Of a DNA stretch of 64,000 bases, positions 13,828 through 25,495 are shown in pieces; positions within the stretch are counted from its first letter, which is position 1, and each line of letters begins with the position of its first letter. Made by a program: the position numbers and the translations under genes. This DNA comes from Lytechinus pictus (lineage: Eukaryota). Location of the stretch: the NCBI RefSeq assembly GCF_037042905.1, contig NC_087251.1:35528001-35592000 (forward strand), written 5' to 3'. The notes under the pieces are model-generated. The model ran no database searches and was not told where the DNA came from. It saw only the letters and a list, made by a program, of their open reading frames with translations.

Positions 13828-14001
13828 TGTGTGTGCTATTGAGTTTTAACAGACGTGTAATCAATCAGATATAATTATTTACGTCTGGGACCGACCTATC
13901 ACGTCACCATCCGAAAGACGTGACCAGGGCTCGAACCTCTGCATCAATTAGTAACTTCCCCCACATAGCTTGGATTGCAGGCGCACGCCACAACACGAAG
14001 T
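13828..14001 (-). mobile_element. SINE with a 7SL(SRP)-RNA-like head, B box and Deu/Nin-like central domain, (CA)n tail
   Basis: Minus strand reads GTGGCGTGCGCCTGCAATCCAAGCTA (13991-13966), then GGTTCGAGCCC (13937-13927), then CACGTCTTTCGGATGGTGACGTGATAGGTCGGTCCC, ending in CACACACA. Confidence 0.7.
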
Positions 14002-14284
14002 TTCTCAAGCATATAAAGGGTAAAAAATCTTCGTTTTAAGATAATGTATCATACACAATAATCAAATTATTTAAAGGGTCTTAAGTAAGGGGAAAATACC
14101 ATCTAGAAAGCTTGATCTAGCTAGTGTCGCGGTCAAGGTAAAATCTTCGCCAAGAATCAATGAAAATAGTTTTACGGTCATTTGTATGGAAGAATGAAAG
14201 CACGAAATTATTCATCATTCTTATTGAGCCTTACCGACACAGGGTGTGTGTGCGTATGTGAGGGAGGGTGTGCGTATGTGCGTA

Positions 14285-17200
14285 TTGAATTAAAAGCAGA
14301 ATGGATTCAAAAGATAAAGGGCAAATTACTGTTATGGGATTTTTTTAAAATGAAAATGAGACAGTTTATTAATACTTATACAAAAGAAAAGGCAAAGGTC
14401 AGAAAAAATTAAATTAAAAAAATAGAGAAAGAAATAGAAGAATTAGAAAATAAACTTTTGTCTCAGACATTGAGAAGGATAGAAAGGAAATATTGAAGAA
14501 GATTGGAACGTATTATGAAAAATTATACAAATTGAGTGAAGCTATTGTTAATGAAAATTATTTGTTCCTTAAGGATATTCCTCAATTAAGTAAAGAAAGT
14601 TGTAATATATGTGAAGGTAGAATAAGTATTCATGAATGTTTAAGTGTTTTAAAAGAAATGAAATATAATAAATCCCCTGGTAACGATGGTTTTACGGTAG
14701 AGTTTTATTATACTTTTTGGAATTTAATAGGCGGACTTTTGGTAGATATTTTAAATGAAACATATGAATGGGGAACACTGACAACCTCACAAAAGCAAGG
14801 TGTGAAAACGTTATTGGGAAAAAAAGGTAAAGATCCATTATATGTCCAAAATTTTAGACCAATTACACTTTTAAATGTGGATTACAAAATATTGTCAAAG
14901 GTTTTAGCAAAAAGATTAAAAGGTATACTAAATTAGATTATTCACAATGATCAAGTTGGTTATGTAAAAGATAGGAACATTGGAGATGGTGTAAGATTAA
15001 TAGATGATATGTTATATCAATCTAATTTTTAAAATATTGGATATTTAATCACTGTTGATTTTGAAAAGACCTTTGATTCTGTTTCACATGATTTTCTTTT
15101 TGAGATCCTTAAACTATTTGGATTTGGGCACTCATTCTGTTCGTGGGTCCGTGTTTTATACTCGGATATTACTAGTAGTGTTATGAATGGGGGGGTTTTC
15201 TTCCGGTTATTTTAATATAAAGCGAGGGGTAAGACAGGAGGATCCCCTCTCCCCATATTTGTTTCTGCTCTGTATTGAAATACTTGCTCTGGCAATAAGG
15301 AAAGACAGAAAGGTTGAAGGAATTCAATTTCAGAACCATGAAATAAAGCAAATTTTGTATGCTGATGATATATCATTGTTTGTAAAAAAATACACACTCT
15401 TTAGAACGTCTTCAATACCTTTTTGAAGAATTCGAGAAAATTAGTGGTCTAAAAATAAACAAAGGAAAAACTAATATTTTGTGGATGGGTCGGGATAATG
15501 ACAGACCTCAGACACAGTTGTTTGGGAATTTCGTTCAGCATGTTAAGATTTTAGGTGTTTACTTTTCTCTTAATGTTATGATAAAAGAGGACATGAATAA
15601 CGAAGAAATACTTAGTAAAATAAAAAGACTGTTGGGATGGTGGAAACAAAGGGATCTCACACTTATGGGGAAAATTCACTTGTTAAAAACATATGCATTG
15701 TCAAGGCTAAACTTTGTTTCGTCACTAAGGGTGCGTTTATCCGCCACTTTTTTACCCTATAATCATGATTCCAATCATGATTCAAATCACGATTCTGCAG
15801 AATCACGATTGCGTTTAGTCGAAATTGAATATAATCATGATTAGAATCACAAACATGAACTACGAAAAAAAGGGCGTTTGGAAAGACGTTTCTGCAGAAT
15901 CACGTACGAAAATGTTCGGATAAACGATATCGTGATTTGAATCATGATTATATGACGTCATTGTGTCGAGCTATTTCCGGTTCTTGCCAAGGCGCGCGCC
16001 CCACGTTGTCACATCACATGTACGTCGCCGACCTCCAATTAAGTGTCCAACGTTGACCTATACTTCCTGGGTCAAACTGCGCACTGTGATGCGCACTGGA
16101 TCGGTCCGAATCCGAGGAGAAACAGCGTTGGAACGAAGGTCGTCTAAACCCTGATTCTGTAGTAATTGTGATTCATGTTTGTGATTTGAATCATGATTCC
16201 AATCATGATTCAAATCACGATTCTGGCTTGAGGTCGGATAAACGCAGCCTAATAGTGGTTCCTCATATGCAGAGGTTGAAAAGATCACATTTGAATTTTT
16301 ATGGTCAGGAAAAGATCGGATAAAGAGAATTATAATGTACCAGGATTACTCACAAGGAGGTTTAAAAATGATGAATTTTAAGTTGTTTGTAAAGTCTCAA
16401 CGTTTAATGTGGCTTAAACGATTACTTTACGGAGAACGGGATGCAGGATGGAAGTTGTATTTTTATTTTTGTTTTCGATCAGTTGGGGGGAGATTTCTGT
16501 TTCTATGTGACTTTGACACTTCAAAATTAAATATAAAATTACCCCAATTTTATTCAGAAATGATGAAGGCTTGGCAAGACTTAAGGAAATATCGTTATTC
16601 TGAAGAGGAGGTTAACCCTATTATATTCAATAATCAACATATTTGTATAAAAGGTAAAACAATTTTTGACAATGATCTTTTCAATAAAGGAATATTTAGC
16701 GTTGATCAAATCTTTGATAATGGCCACTTGAAGCCTGTGACTTTTTTTCAAAATCTCGGTATTACCGCAAATCAACTTCTCCAAATAATAGATATTGTGC
16801 ACGTTATACCAGCAAGTTGGAAAAATTTTAATAGTTCAATAAAGTTTTAAAAATTGATTTCGTAGACTTCGGGATAAGTATGAATATTGGAAAACAGGAA
16901 ACAGCTTTTGAAGTAATTAAATCAAAAACAATTTATAACTTGTTTATTACCAATCTACAAGTGCTATACAAATTAACACTCAAGGATGGTCACAGTGATT
17001 TTAATTTTACGGATGTAGAAATTTGTAAATTATTTGGATATATCAGGAGTACAACTCTTATAAGAAAACAAAGGGAATTTCAGTTTATGCTTTTACATGG
17101 AGCAATATATACAAAAGAACATTTGATGAGATTTGGTTTCGTGGGAGATAATTATTGCTCGTTTTGTTGTACAAAAACTTAATCGTACTTTCATATACTC

Positions 17201-18155
17201 ATGGATTGCATAAAAGTTAAACCTCTGTGTCAATTTTGTATTGATCATTTTTGTTTAGCTGAATTAAGAACTTTGAATTAGAGGGAAATATTCTTAGGAT
17301 TACCTGGAAATTCTTGTCGAATTAAATGTGTCAATTCTGTTATTCTTTTTATTAAATATGCATTTTTTAATTCCAGAGCTGAAGGCCGGGTACCTTCATT
17401 CATTAAAATACACAAATATATTACGGGCTGTATAGAAGAAGAAAGTCGCCTGGCAACGAAATCAGGCAAGTTAAGTTTGCATTTACAGAAATGGGATGAA
17501 CTGAAAGTGAAAAGAGATTTGAATGTGAACAGGTGGGATGTGTCTAGTGTGGTGCGAGTGTGAATCCTGGTGTGAATGTTGATGATTTTCTTTTTGTTTA
17601 CTAGTTCTTTTCAATTCTCCCTTCTCTTGTATCAATATGATTTGCAGGTTCTTTTCTTTCTGTATCCTATTGCGCCAAAATGTTCAACGTTCATATGCAG
17701 ATTTGTATATATTATGTTTGTTTACGTATGCATGGTATGTGCATGTGTGTATGGGTGTTAAGGTGGGTGTGTGTATGTGTGTATAATTATGTAAAGTTAT
17801 GTTGAAGCTTGATTTAAAATGGGATGCAATGATAATACATGTAGGTTGATTTCTGTTTTCCTGCAAATCATTTAGTCATTTAATATTAATTATTATTAAA
17901 ATACATAGAGGGTTGGGGGCTCAGTTAAGTAAGTTTTTTTTTATAGATGTAAAAGTATAATTTTTACAAATTTCATTCCGTCCTTATTTGCTTCAGTTTT
18001 TGGTATATATATGTATATATATATATTTATATATGTATTTTTTTTGCATATCCTTGTTTATATAAATTGAAGATTTGTATTTTGTTTGTTTTTATCTGGA
18101 GTTTATGTAATTCATTTGAATGAAATCCTTAATAAAATCATGTTAACAAAAAAAA
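14285..18155 (+). mobile_element. 5'-truncated, decayed non-LTR retrotransposon of the L1/Tx1 clade (ORF2 RT pseudogene, 3'UTR, poly-A)
   Basis: Fragments KSPGNDGFTVEFY, NFRPITLLNVDYKILSKVLAKRLK, VDFEKTFDSVSH, GVRQEDPLSPYLF, YADD, SGLKINKGKT, GGLKM and a C-terminal CSFC. Multiple stops and frameshifts. AATAAA at 18131 then an A-run to 18155. Candidate TSD GTATGTG(C/T)GTA. Confidence 0.93.
15729..16249. mobile_element. PIF/Harbinger-type MITE nested in the LINE
   Basis: TAA|GGGTGCGTTTATCCG ... CGGATAAACGCAGCC|TAA (3-bp TAA TSD); internal AATCATGATT palindromic arrays. Confidence 0.92.
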
Positions 18156-18943
18156 GTATGTGTGTACGTATGTGAGGATGTGTATTTTTGTGTGTGTATC
18201 TTTGTGTGTCCGCAATTACGTTCATACTTAGTATTATCAATTAGCAATAATGATTACCATTGTATGCTGATTCCTACTCTGATAGTACCAGTGAAATGCT
18301 TGGTTTAAATTGATTGAGAAGAATAAAACATCGGGTTGTATAGAATATGGGAATCCACGGGGGGGGGGTGAAAATGGTACACACATCCCCCTTGGAAAGA
18401 AAACAATGTTATACAGTGTGTTCACATAGTGGACTATGTGGAGGTGTGACTGACGCCGTTAGATTGCTCAACTTTAACAATGTTAGTGATGTGAAGACAT
18501 GTTCAAACTGTGGACAACCCATCAGTGTGAATGTACACAGTGTATGTGAACGTGTGATTCACACTATTGCGGTGAATCGCTCATCAACAGTGTGAAAGTT
18601 ATTCCAAATTTCGTTCCACCTATTCCGCACTGTGGTACACACTGTGGAAAACCTATTCCGCACTGTGGTACACACTGTGGAATACTGTATGTTTTCCGGT
18701 TCGGATAGTAAGGAGCTCGTATTTTTATCTCTCTTACATCAGTTACCAATACAATAATCAATATAACAATACGTGAAAAAAATCGTATTGAGCCTTCAGT
18801 TGCGTGTTATTATAATCCAAGTTAATATGACATGTTATGCACTCGCTTACTGCCAATGAAAATGACGATATTTTTTATAGAATCGAATAATAGCGCTTTT
18901 TAAAGTCAGATCTATATTCGTCTAATTTATCACAATTTCATTA

Positions 18944-19222
18944 CACTGTTAGAAAATGTATCCTTAAAATAAAAGAAGTTCCTGCAGCAGAGTCTCGAGA
19001 ACACCTGTAATCTTACCAGATTGCGTAATCTTACAGGAAATTGGTATTTGGTGTATGGAATCTTACAAATTTCCTTTAATAAAACACCCTTTTCCCCTTT
19101 TTAAACAGACCTGTTCTGTTAAATTGCAGAAAAATTCCTGTTTTATGAATTTACAGAATGATTCTGTTATTGCTTTCTGCAAAATCTTCTTTTTTCTGTA
19201 AAATCAGGGATTTTTAACAGTG
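18944..19222. mobile_element. MITE with CACTGTTA termini, TA flanks (CACTA/EnSpm-like)
   Basis: TA|CACTGTTAGAAA ... TTTTTAACAGTG|TA. Confidence 0.8.
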
Positions 19223-19449
19223 TATCATCAATTTATATGAATTGAATGAGAAAAATTTCCATGAGAAATAATACCAATTCAATCACACTAATTACATAAA
19301 TCAATTATTGAACCTTTTTTCTAGATCATTCAATCTAATGAGTAAATCTATCAGGTAAAAGCAAAACGTCGATACATTTTATTGTAATCAGTTTCCAATA
19401 TTCAGGGTTAATCCTCGGGTTGTATACGAAGCCTATTAATATTTCAAAT

Positions 19450-19615
19450 TGTATAATGATGGTATTAATAATAATGATAATACTAATAATAATCATAATA
19501 ATTATTATAATTATGATTATCATTATCATTGTTATTGTTGTTGATGTTGTTATTATTATTATTATCATCATTATTATTTTCATTGTTACTAATAATAAAG
19601 CAAATAATAATATCT
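19450..19615. repeat. (AAT)n/(ATT)n microsatellite
   Basis: Degenerate trinucleotide repeat that gives rise to the poly-Ile ORFs on both strands. Confidence 0.9.
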
Positions 19616-22600
19616 ATTTATAAGGCGCTTACTATAGTACTACGTGCCTTTTAGCGCGCTGTTTTCTGTTAACGATTAATACTCGTGAACATAGTGAAAT
19701 GAGCATGATACAAAAATCAATCTTAAAAAGGAATTATAAAACAATTATAGTTTACTTTAGTTTATTAACAAATTTATGAATTTACATCTGATTATGGTGA
19801 CATGAAATTCACATCACATGAATACAAACATATTTAAAGCACTTAAAGCCATAAATTGCGTGTATAACATATTTCACCGTATAATATTTTATGTTAACAT
19901 TGCATTAAAAGCAATTAAAAGCACTAATAGATGATTTGCATGAACTCACCATAGCATTAAATAGGAGAAAAAATGTTGTTAAAAAGAGAACCAAAAGTTA
20001 GCACATGTGCTAGTTGAGATTGGCCCTCCTGTCATACAGGACCTACATTTCATACGCTCACTGCATGGTCTAAAATTTTCACATTAAAAATAGATTATAG
20101 TCGATAATTACAGATGATTATTCAAAGCTGGTGTGCACCTCCTATTGACCGAAACAAAACTGGAAATCATTCTTAGTTACATTTTCGATATTATTCACTT
20201 CATCGCAAAAAAATACCTATTCCTTTAAATTGCAACTTTGCTACGTAATATCAAAATGATATTACGTGATGTATTAGATAACGATAAAATTCGGTTAGGT
20301 ACAAGACAAACACCATGTATAGTGTTTATGAATGAGATAAAGTGGTAGAGATAATAAGAGAGATAATAAGAGATAATGGAACTAACATGTGTTGTAACCT
20401 TAAAATATTCACATGCCTTAAAAATCATTTGATGATACTATAGTCTTATATGGGTACCATGCTTGTTGTTTCACTTTATTTTGCTGTGTTCTTTCACTAT
20501 ATGAACGAAATAGAGTTATATCTAGCGAAATCAATGATTGGCCTCAGGCATATCTACGTTGATATATCCATGGACCTATCGTTAGACCTTGAGACCGTGG
20601 CATGGTGTTTCGATGGGGGATGGAGGTGGGATGGGTATTTCTCTATATTAGATATTCAAAATAGGGTCAAATTTGGAGTAAAACGACCCCCAAATTCTTA
20701 TGTATGTTTCGCTTTATTCTTTCTCCCCAACCTTCTTTTCTCGCTTCTTGGAAAACCATTGGGGCATTCGTCGCCCCTCCCCTCCTGTGGCACTGTCCCT
20801 TATTTATTACTATTTTTTAGAAGGAGGTTGTATTTTTTCAAAAATGGGATCTTTTCTAACAGGTTGAATACATTTACATTAAATGGTCCCAGGGTTGAAT
20901 ATTTGTTTTTTGTTTTTCTAAACAGTATTAGAATGAGATTTCTCCCAAACATATCATTTTGTTTTGGTGTTAATAAAAACTACTCGGTGCCAGAAATCTG
21001 AGTTTTAACCAATTTGATAAAATGAATACTAAGTATACTTTATCAACCTTTTCACATAAATCATTTAAATAATGCTTGATGCTGAATTACACATTTGCCG
21101 CCCCTGCGAATCGAAAATGTGTTCTGATGTCTTATATTGTGCATGAAATGACAAACGGAACCGAAAATAAATCATATTCATTACAGACAAACACCATAAT
21201 AAAAAGGGTTGCTTTGTGAGTGTGATAACTCTTGAATAACAAATAATGCATTAAAACAATGATTACACACAGCTCGTTCGACAAATAAGGGAAATTCTGT
21301 AAACTTACGTGACATGTTGAAGGGAGTGATTGATCAGATCACGCTAGCTGGGAACAAACGAATAATCCACTTAAACTTTCAACGAGTTGAGTTCACTTGG
21401 CAAAAACAAAATAAAATCCTGCTCGGGATTGAAGGTGTATCGAGATGCTGGAAGCTCATCATGTCTTCATGAGCAGGACCATATCGCCGGTGGTCTGAGC
21501 ATGTCCCTAGAATTATCCATATATGTTGGTAATCATCAAGGGATTCGTGCCTGGCATTTGATGTCGATATTGGGTCACCTCGCGAAAAGAATATGTTTTA
21601 CTGCTTAACTTTTCACCCTAAGAATATCATCAAAGGCCACCCACGTACATACCTCTTTCATCCGATCAATATGATATTGATTGATAGAAGATGATTAGTA
21701 TAAATTATCAATTCTTCTGAAATCAAACACGAAACGATCCTAACAAACCGAACACCGATAACGCTTGTTCGATAGTAAGTGATGTAGCAGACGATATTAT
21801 TTTTGCTGGCGCCAAATCCATACACTCGTGGAGCAATGAGCATAGATGACATGTACGTGCACACAACATCTTTACCTCAGCTCGCCGTTCCCTCCGTGTG
21901 ATAAACCAAACTAACTACGTCATAAAGAATTCGGCGCCGACTATATCTTTCTTTTCTCCTTTACTTCTTATTTTTATATCACACTCATGAGTTCATAGAG
22001 AGCACTGGTGATTTAGAAGATAAACATGTGGGCTTGCATCGACCACGAGAGGTTCCATAAACCGTCCATGCCTTAAACACATTATAATCCCCAAAATGTT
22101 TTATTTTCATCGTGTTGAAATCATGGATGGACAAGTTTCCAATAATGTCCCGTTTAAACCAATATTATTCCGTCTATTGTGCCCTTTTTGCAATTAACAG
22201 ATACCAGCAGAATAACTAATTATTAAATGTACCATTTTTCTTTGAAACAATAGGCCTAATGCATCCATATCCATGTGATGCATATTTCATGATATTGCGA
22301 TAGCACGCATAATGCATGTTATATTACGAAATAAGGAACGTTATGTGAGGCTATATTACTGGCTGACTCTACACTCACATTGGAGAGAATGGATGTTTGT
22401 AGCGTGAAGGTTAATATCTATGAGGTTAATAAATTACAAATCTCCATTAAGGGAGTGATATTGAAAATGACAAAACCGGTGTCCGTCGAGTGATATCTAA
22501 CTGTTAGAAATCAATAAAGTAAACCCCTGATTTGATTTAGGACGATGGCCTGGCCATATCGCAATTATCTCTCAATTTCGGCTACAAACTAATAAATGGT

Positions 22601-22869
22601 CTATTTTGCCAGTGGGCTATAGCAAGTCTGAGTTATGAGAGAGTTGTCGACGTGAGGGACTTTTTTTTCGATGAACTCTTGTTATTTCGCTATTGTTTGC
22701 ACGGTGGGTGTTTCATATAGAGCTTTGCCAATGACTTTAGGTGGTAAATCAGCTATAGGTGTATTATTGGTTCGAAACTCCCAAACCAAACAGTTCATCT
22801 GCACAAACCATTAGTACTAGCATCAACCGAAGCATGAAGTAAACAGGTCAACACTTTAAGATTAATTTC

Positions 22870-23550
22870 CCCTTTCTGTCAGCATGTCTTTTGGCTTCAC
22901 GCTCATAATTTGGTAAATTTCTTTACGATTTTATTTGTTTGTCTGAAATTCAATAACATTTTTGTCTCTCCTATCATTTAAATATATAAATTTATTAATA
23001 GTATTCAAGTATCATTGATCGTCTTGCATTGAGTTTTAGGTCATGATTAAAATCAAAGGGCGTTTAGAGTCAATGAAATTTGACCATGTTTATGTTGGGG
23101 GTATTTTTTCAAATGTCCTCAAAACTTTGCAAGTTCATGGATCTTGTTCATAAAAGTTGGACATGGGAACTCAAGTATCATTGGTCATTTTCCACAAATT
23201 TCAGGTCACAAGATGGAGGTTAAAGGTCATTTCGGGTCAGTGAAGTTTGAAAATGTGGTACTAACGTTGAAAACTTTAATACCCAAGGTCAAGTTTTTGA
23301 AATGTTAAAACCTTGAAAATAAATAGATATATTTCAAGAAACTTGGACATAGGGGTTATCAAGTCTACCTGATCATTTTGCACGAGTTTCGGGTCACATA
23401 ATCAAGGTCAAATGTCATTTTTGTCATTGAACTTAGTACTTTATTATCATGTGAATGTTGTTTTGTGAATAATTATTCATTTTATTGTTATAAAAGTCAT
23501 GAATTGCGTAATGCATGTCAGACTGCCAGAGGCGTTCCACTTATTTTGTA
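22870..23550. repeat. Dispersed-type element with three internal tandem units of about 165-190 bp (AGGTCA-rich)
   Basis: AAGTATCATTG...AGGTCA...AAAGGTCATTT...GTCA.TGAA.TT recurs at about 23008, 23173 and 23361. Boundaries are approximate. Confidence 0.65.
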
Positions 23551-23598
23551 TAAAGATCATTATGAGAATGTTTTCTCTCTTCCCCCCTCCCCCTTGTC

Positions 23599-23634
<36 letters not shown>

Positions 23635-24920
23635 CAATGAGAGGTTTACCTCAAGGATTCTCTTTTTCTCTCAACATTTCATAGAATTATGCAGTAAATA
23701 GAAAATAGAAAAGAGGATATGATTTCCCATGTGACGTGTTTTCGTAAACAAGGTCAAAAAAGCGACGACTAATCTACTAATTAGCATCAAAGTATATATA
23801 CAAGGTTAATATAACATAAACATAGTGTTCACCATTTTGACCTTCTAACTTCCATCCAGGGTATAATAGTGTTATCAAAGAGTATATATGTATATATATA
23901 TATTCAATATGCGTGATGGGTTATAGAAGACATATGAGTTATGAAATTATTTTTACACTTTCAAAACATTTCTTTCTTAACTCATTCTCTGCTAAAGGAA
24001 ATGGGTGAAAGATTATCCTTCCCTCGCATAGAATATCCCCTCCATATCGAGTATGATACATTTTTGCTCTTATGCGTTAACAAATATTCATTAAATATGA
24101 TTTCTTGATGTATCGGGAAGAAAATGCAATATATTCCCACAATTATTGACGTTTCTGATTGTTGCGCAAGCATTGTGTAATAACGTAGGACAGGTGACGT
24201 AGGAGGACAGTGCCTTTTTGCCCGTGACATTTCTAATTTGCATAATAATTTATTTAATAATTTACGATCGCGATGCGCCTTTACGTCTTTAATGTTAATT
24301 TGAATCAGGCTCGATACGTATATCCCCGGGAATAGTAAAATTTTAAGGAAAAAAACTCATCTTGACTTATTTCATGATGATATTGGTTAATTATGATGAC
24401 AGGCCCTAGATGCAGTCCCCTTTAATTGAATCAAGAGTTTGACAAGGACTTTCCATCAAGGGTAAAGCCTCCGCAATTCATCCCCTGATTAAAACCTCTT
24501 GAATTCCTAATTGAAGTTTAGAACCTCTCAAATCAAGACTTCCAGAGCAAGGAGTGTAACAGAATATGCCACAAATCTTGTGCGGGGAGTGAGATTACTG
24601 TAATTTTGCTGATTAGATAAACGCAGGGACTGTCCTAGTTCACCACTTTTCTCTTTTTCCAAGGCTTAAAAAGTTTGGAAACTGTCAAAGAAATGGTTTG
24701 TTTGGGGGGTTAGATTTGTAGACGTTTGATAATTGAGGTCTTTAGATAAGAATCATTAAAATCTCCTTAACCAAAATCTCAGTTGCACTTTGAAGTAGAA
24801 CATGTGACCTACACCATGGAAAAAATAACCATTAAAAACATATGCCATAATTAAAACAAATGCCACACCAATAGTTGTGAATGAAAAGACATAACAGAAA
24901 TATATATAATAAGTCTTTTA

Positions 24921-25495
24921 ATAAAATAAATACTTTATTTCCTTCTTCTTCTTCATTTTCAAGTTGTCTGCAATGTGTACAGTGTTGGACACAAGTATTT
25001 GGCATAGCTTTGCTGAAAAGCCCAAGACATTTGAATAAAATTATGATTCTACTTAATTTCATGAGTAATCAAATAATCAAACAAATAATAAATGATGTAT
25101 AAGACATTGAATCTAAGGGTATGGAATACATTTTTGTAATACAAGGGGGGAGGGGGGCAAAACAAATTGAAGGTGATGTCATTTGTTTTAAATCGATTTA
25201 AAGGGGTAATATAACGTCATTATCATAAAATAAATACTTTATTTCCTTTTTCTTCTGCATTGTAAAGTTATCTGCAATGGTGTTGGACACAAGTATTTGG
25301 CATAGCTTTGCTGAAAAGCCCAAGACATTTGAATAAAATTACGATTCTACTTGAATTTATGAGTTATCAAATTCTCAACAAACAATAAATGTATAAGATA
25401 TTGAATCTAAGGCTATGGAATACATTTTTGTAATACGGGGGGGGGGCAAAACAAATTTTTATAAATCGAATTAAAGGGGTAATATAGCATCAATA
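24921..25495. repeat. Tandem duplication, two units (period 304 bp)
   Basis: ATAAAATAAATACTTTATTTCC...GTGTTGGACACAAGTATTTGGCATAGCTTTGCTGAAAAGCCCAAGACATTTGAATAAAATTA starts at both 24921 and 25225. Confidence 0.92.

Noticed and set aside
15479..16288. NHDS/NHDW repeat protein ORFs
   Set aside because: They are translations of the AATCATGATT arrays of the nested Harbinger MITE.
14493..17182. Several 80-170 aa ORFs as independent genes
   Set aside because: They are consecutive fragments of one broken LINE ORF2.
19335..19623. Poly-Ile hydrophobic ORFs (also 38270-38680)
   Set aside because: Artefacts of (ATT)n simple repeats.
20450..21001. 183-aa ORF
   Set aside because: No recognisable domain or splice context; it runs across what looks like a degenerate MITE and T-rich sequence.
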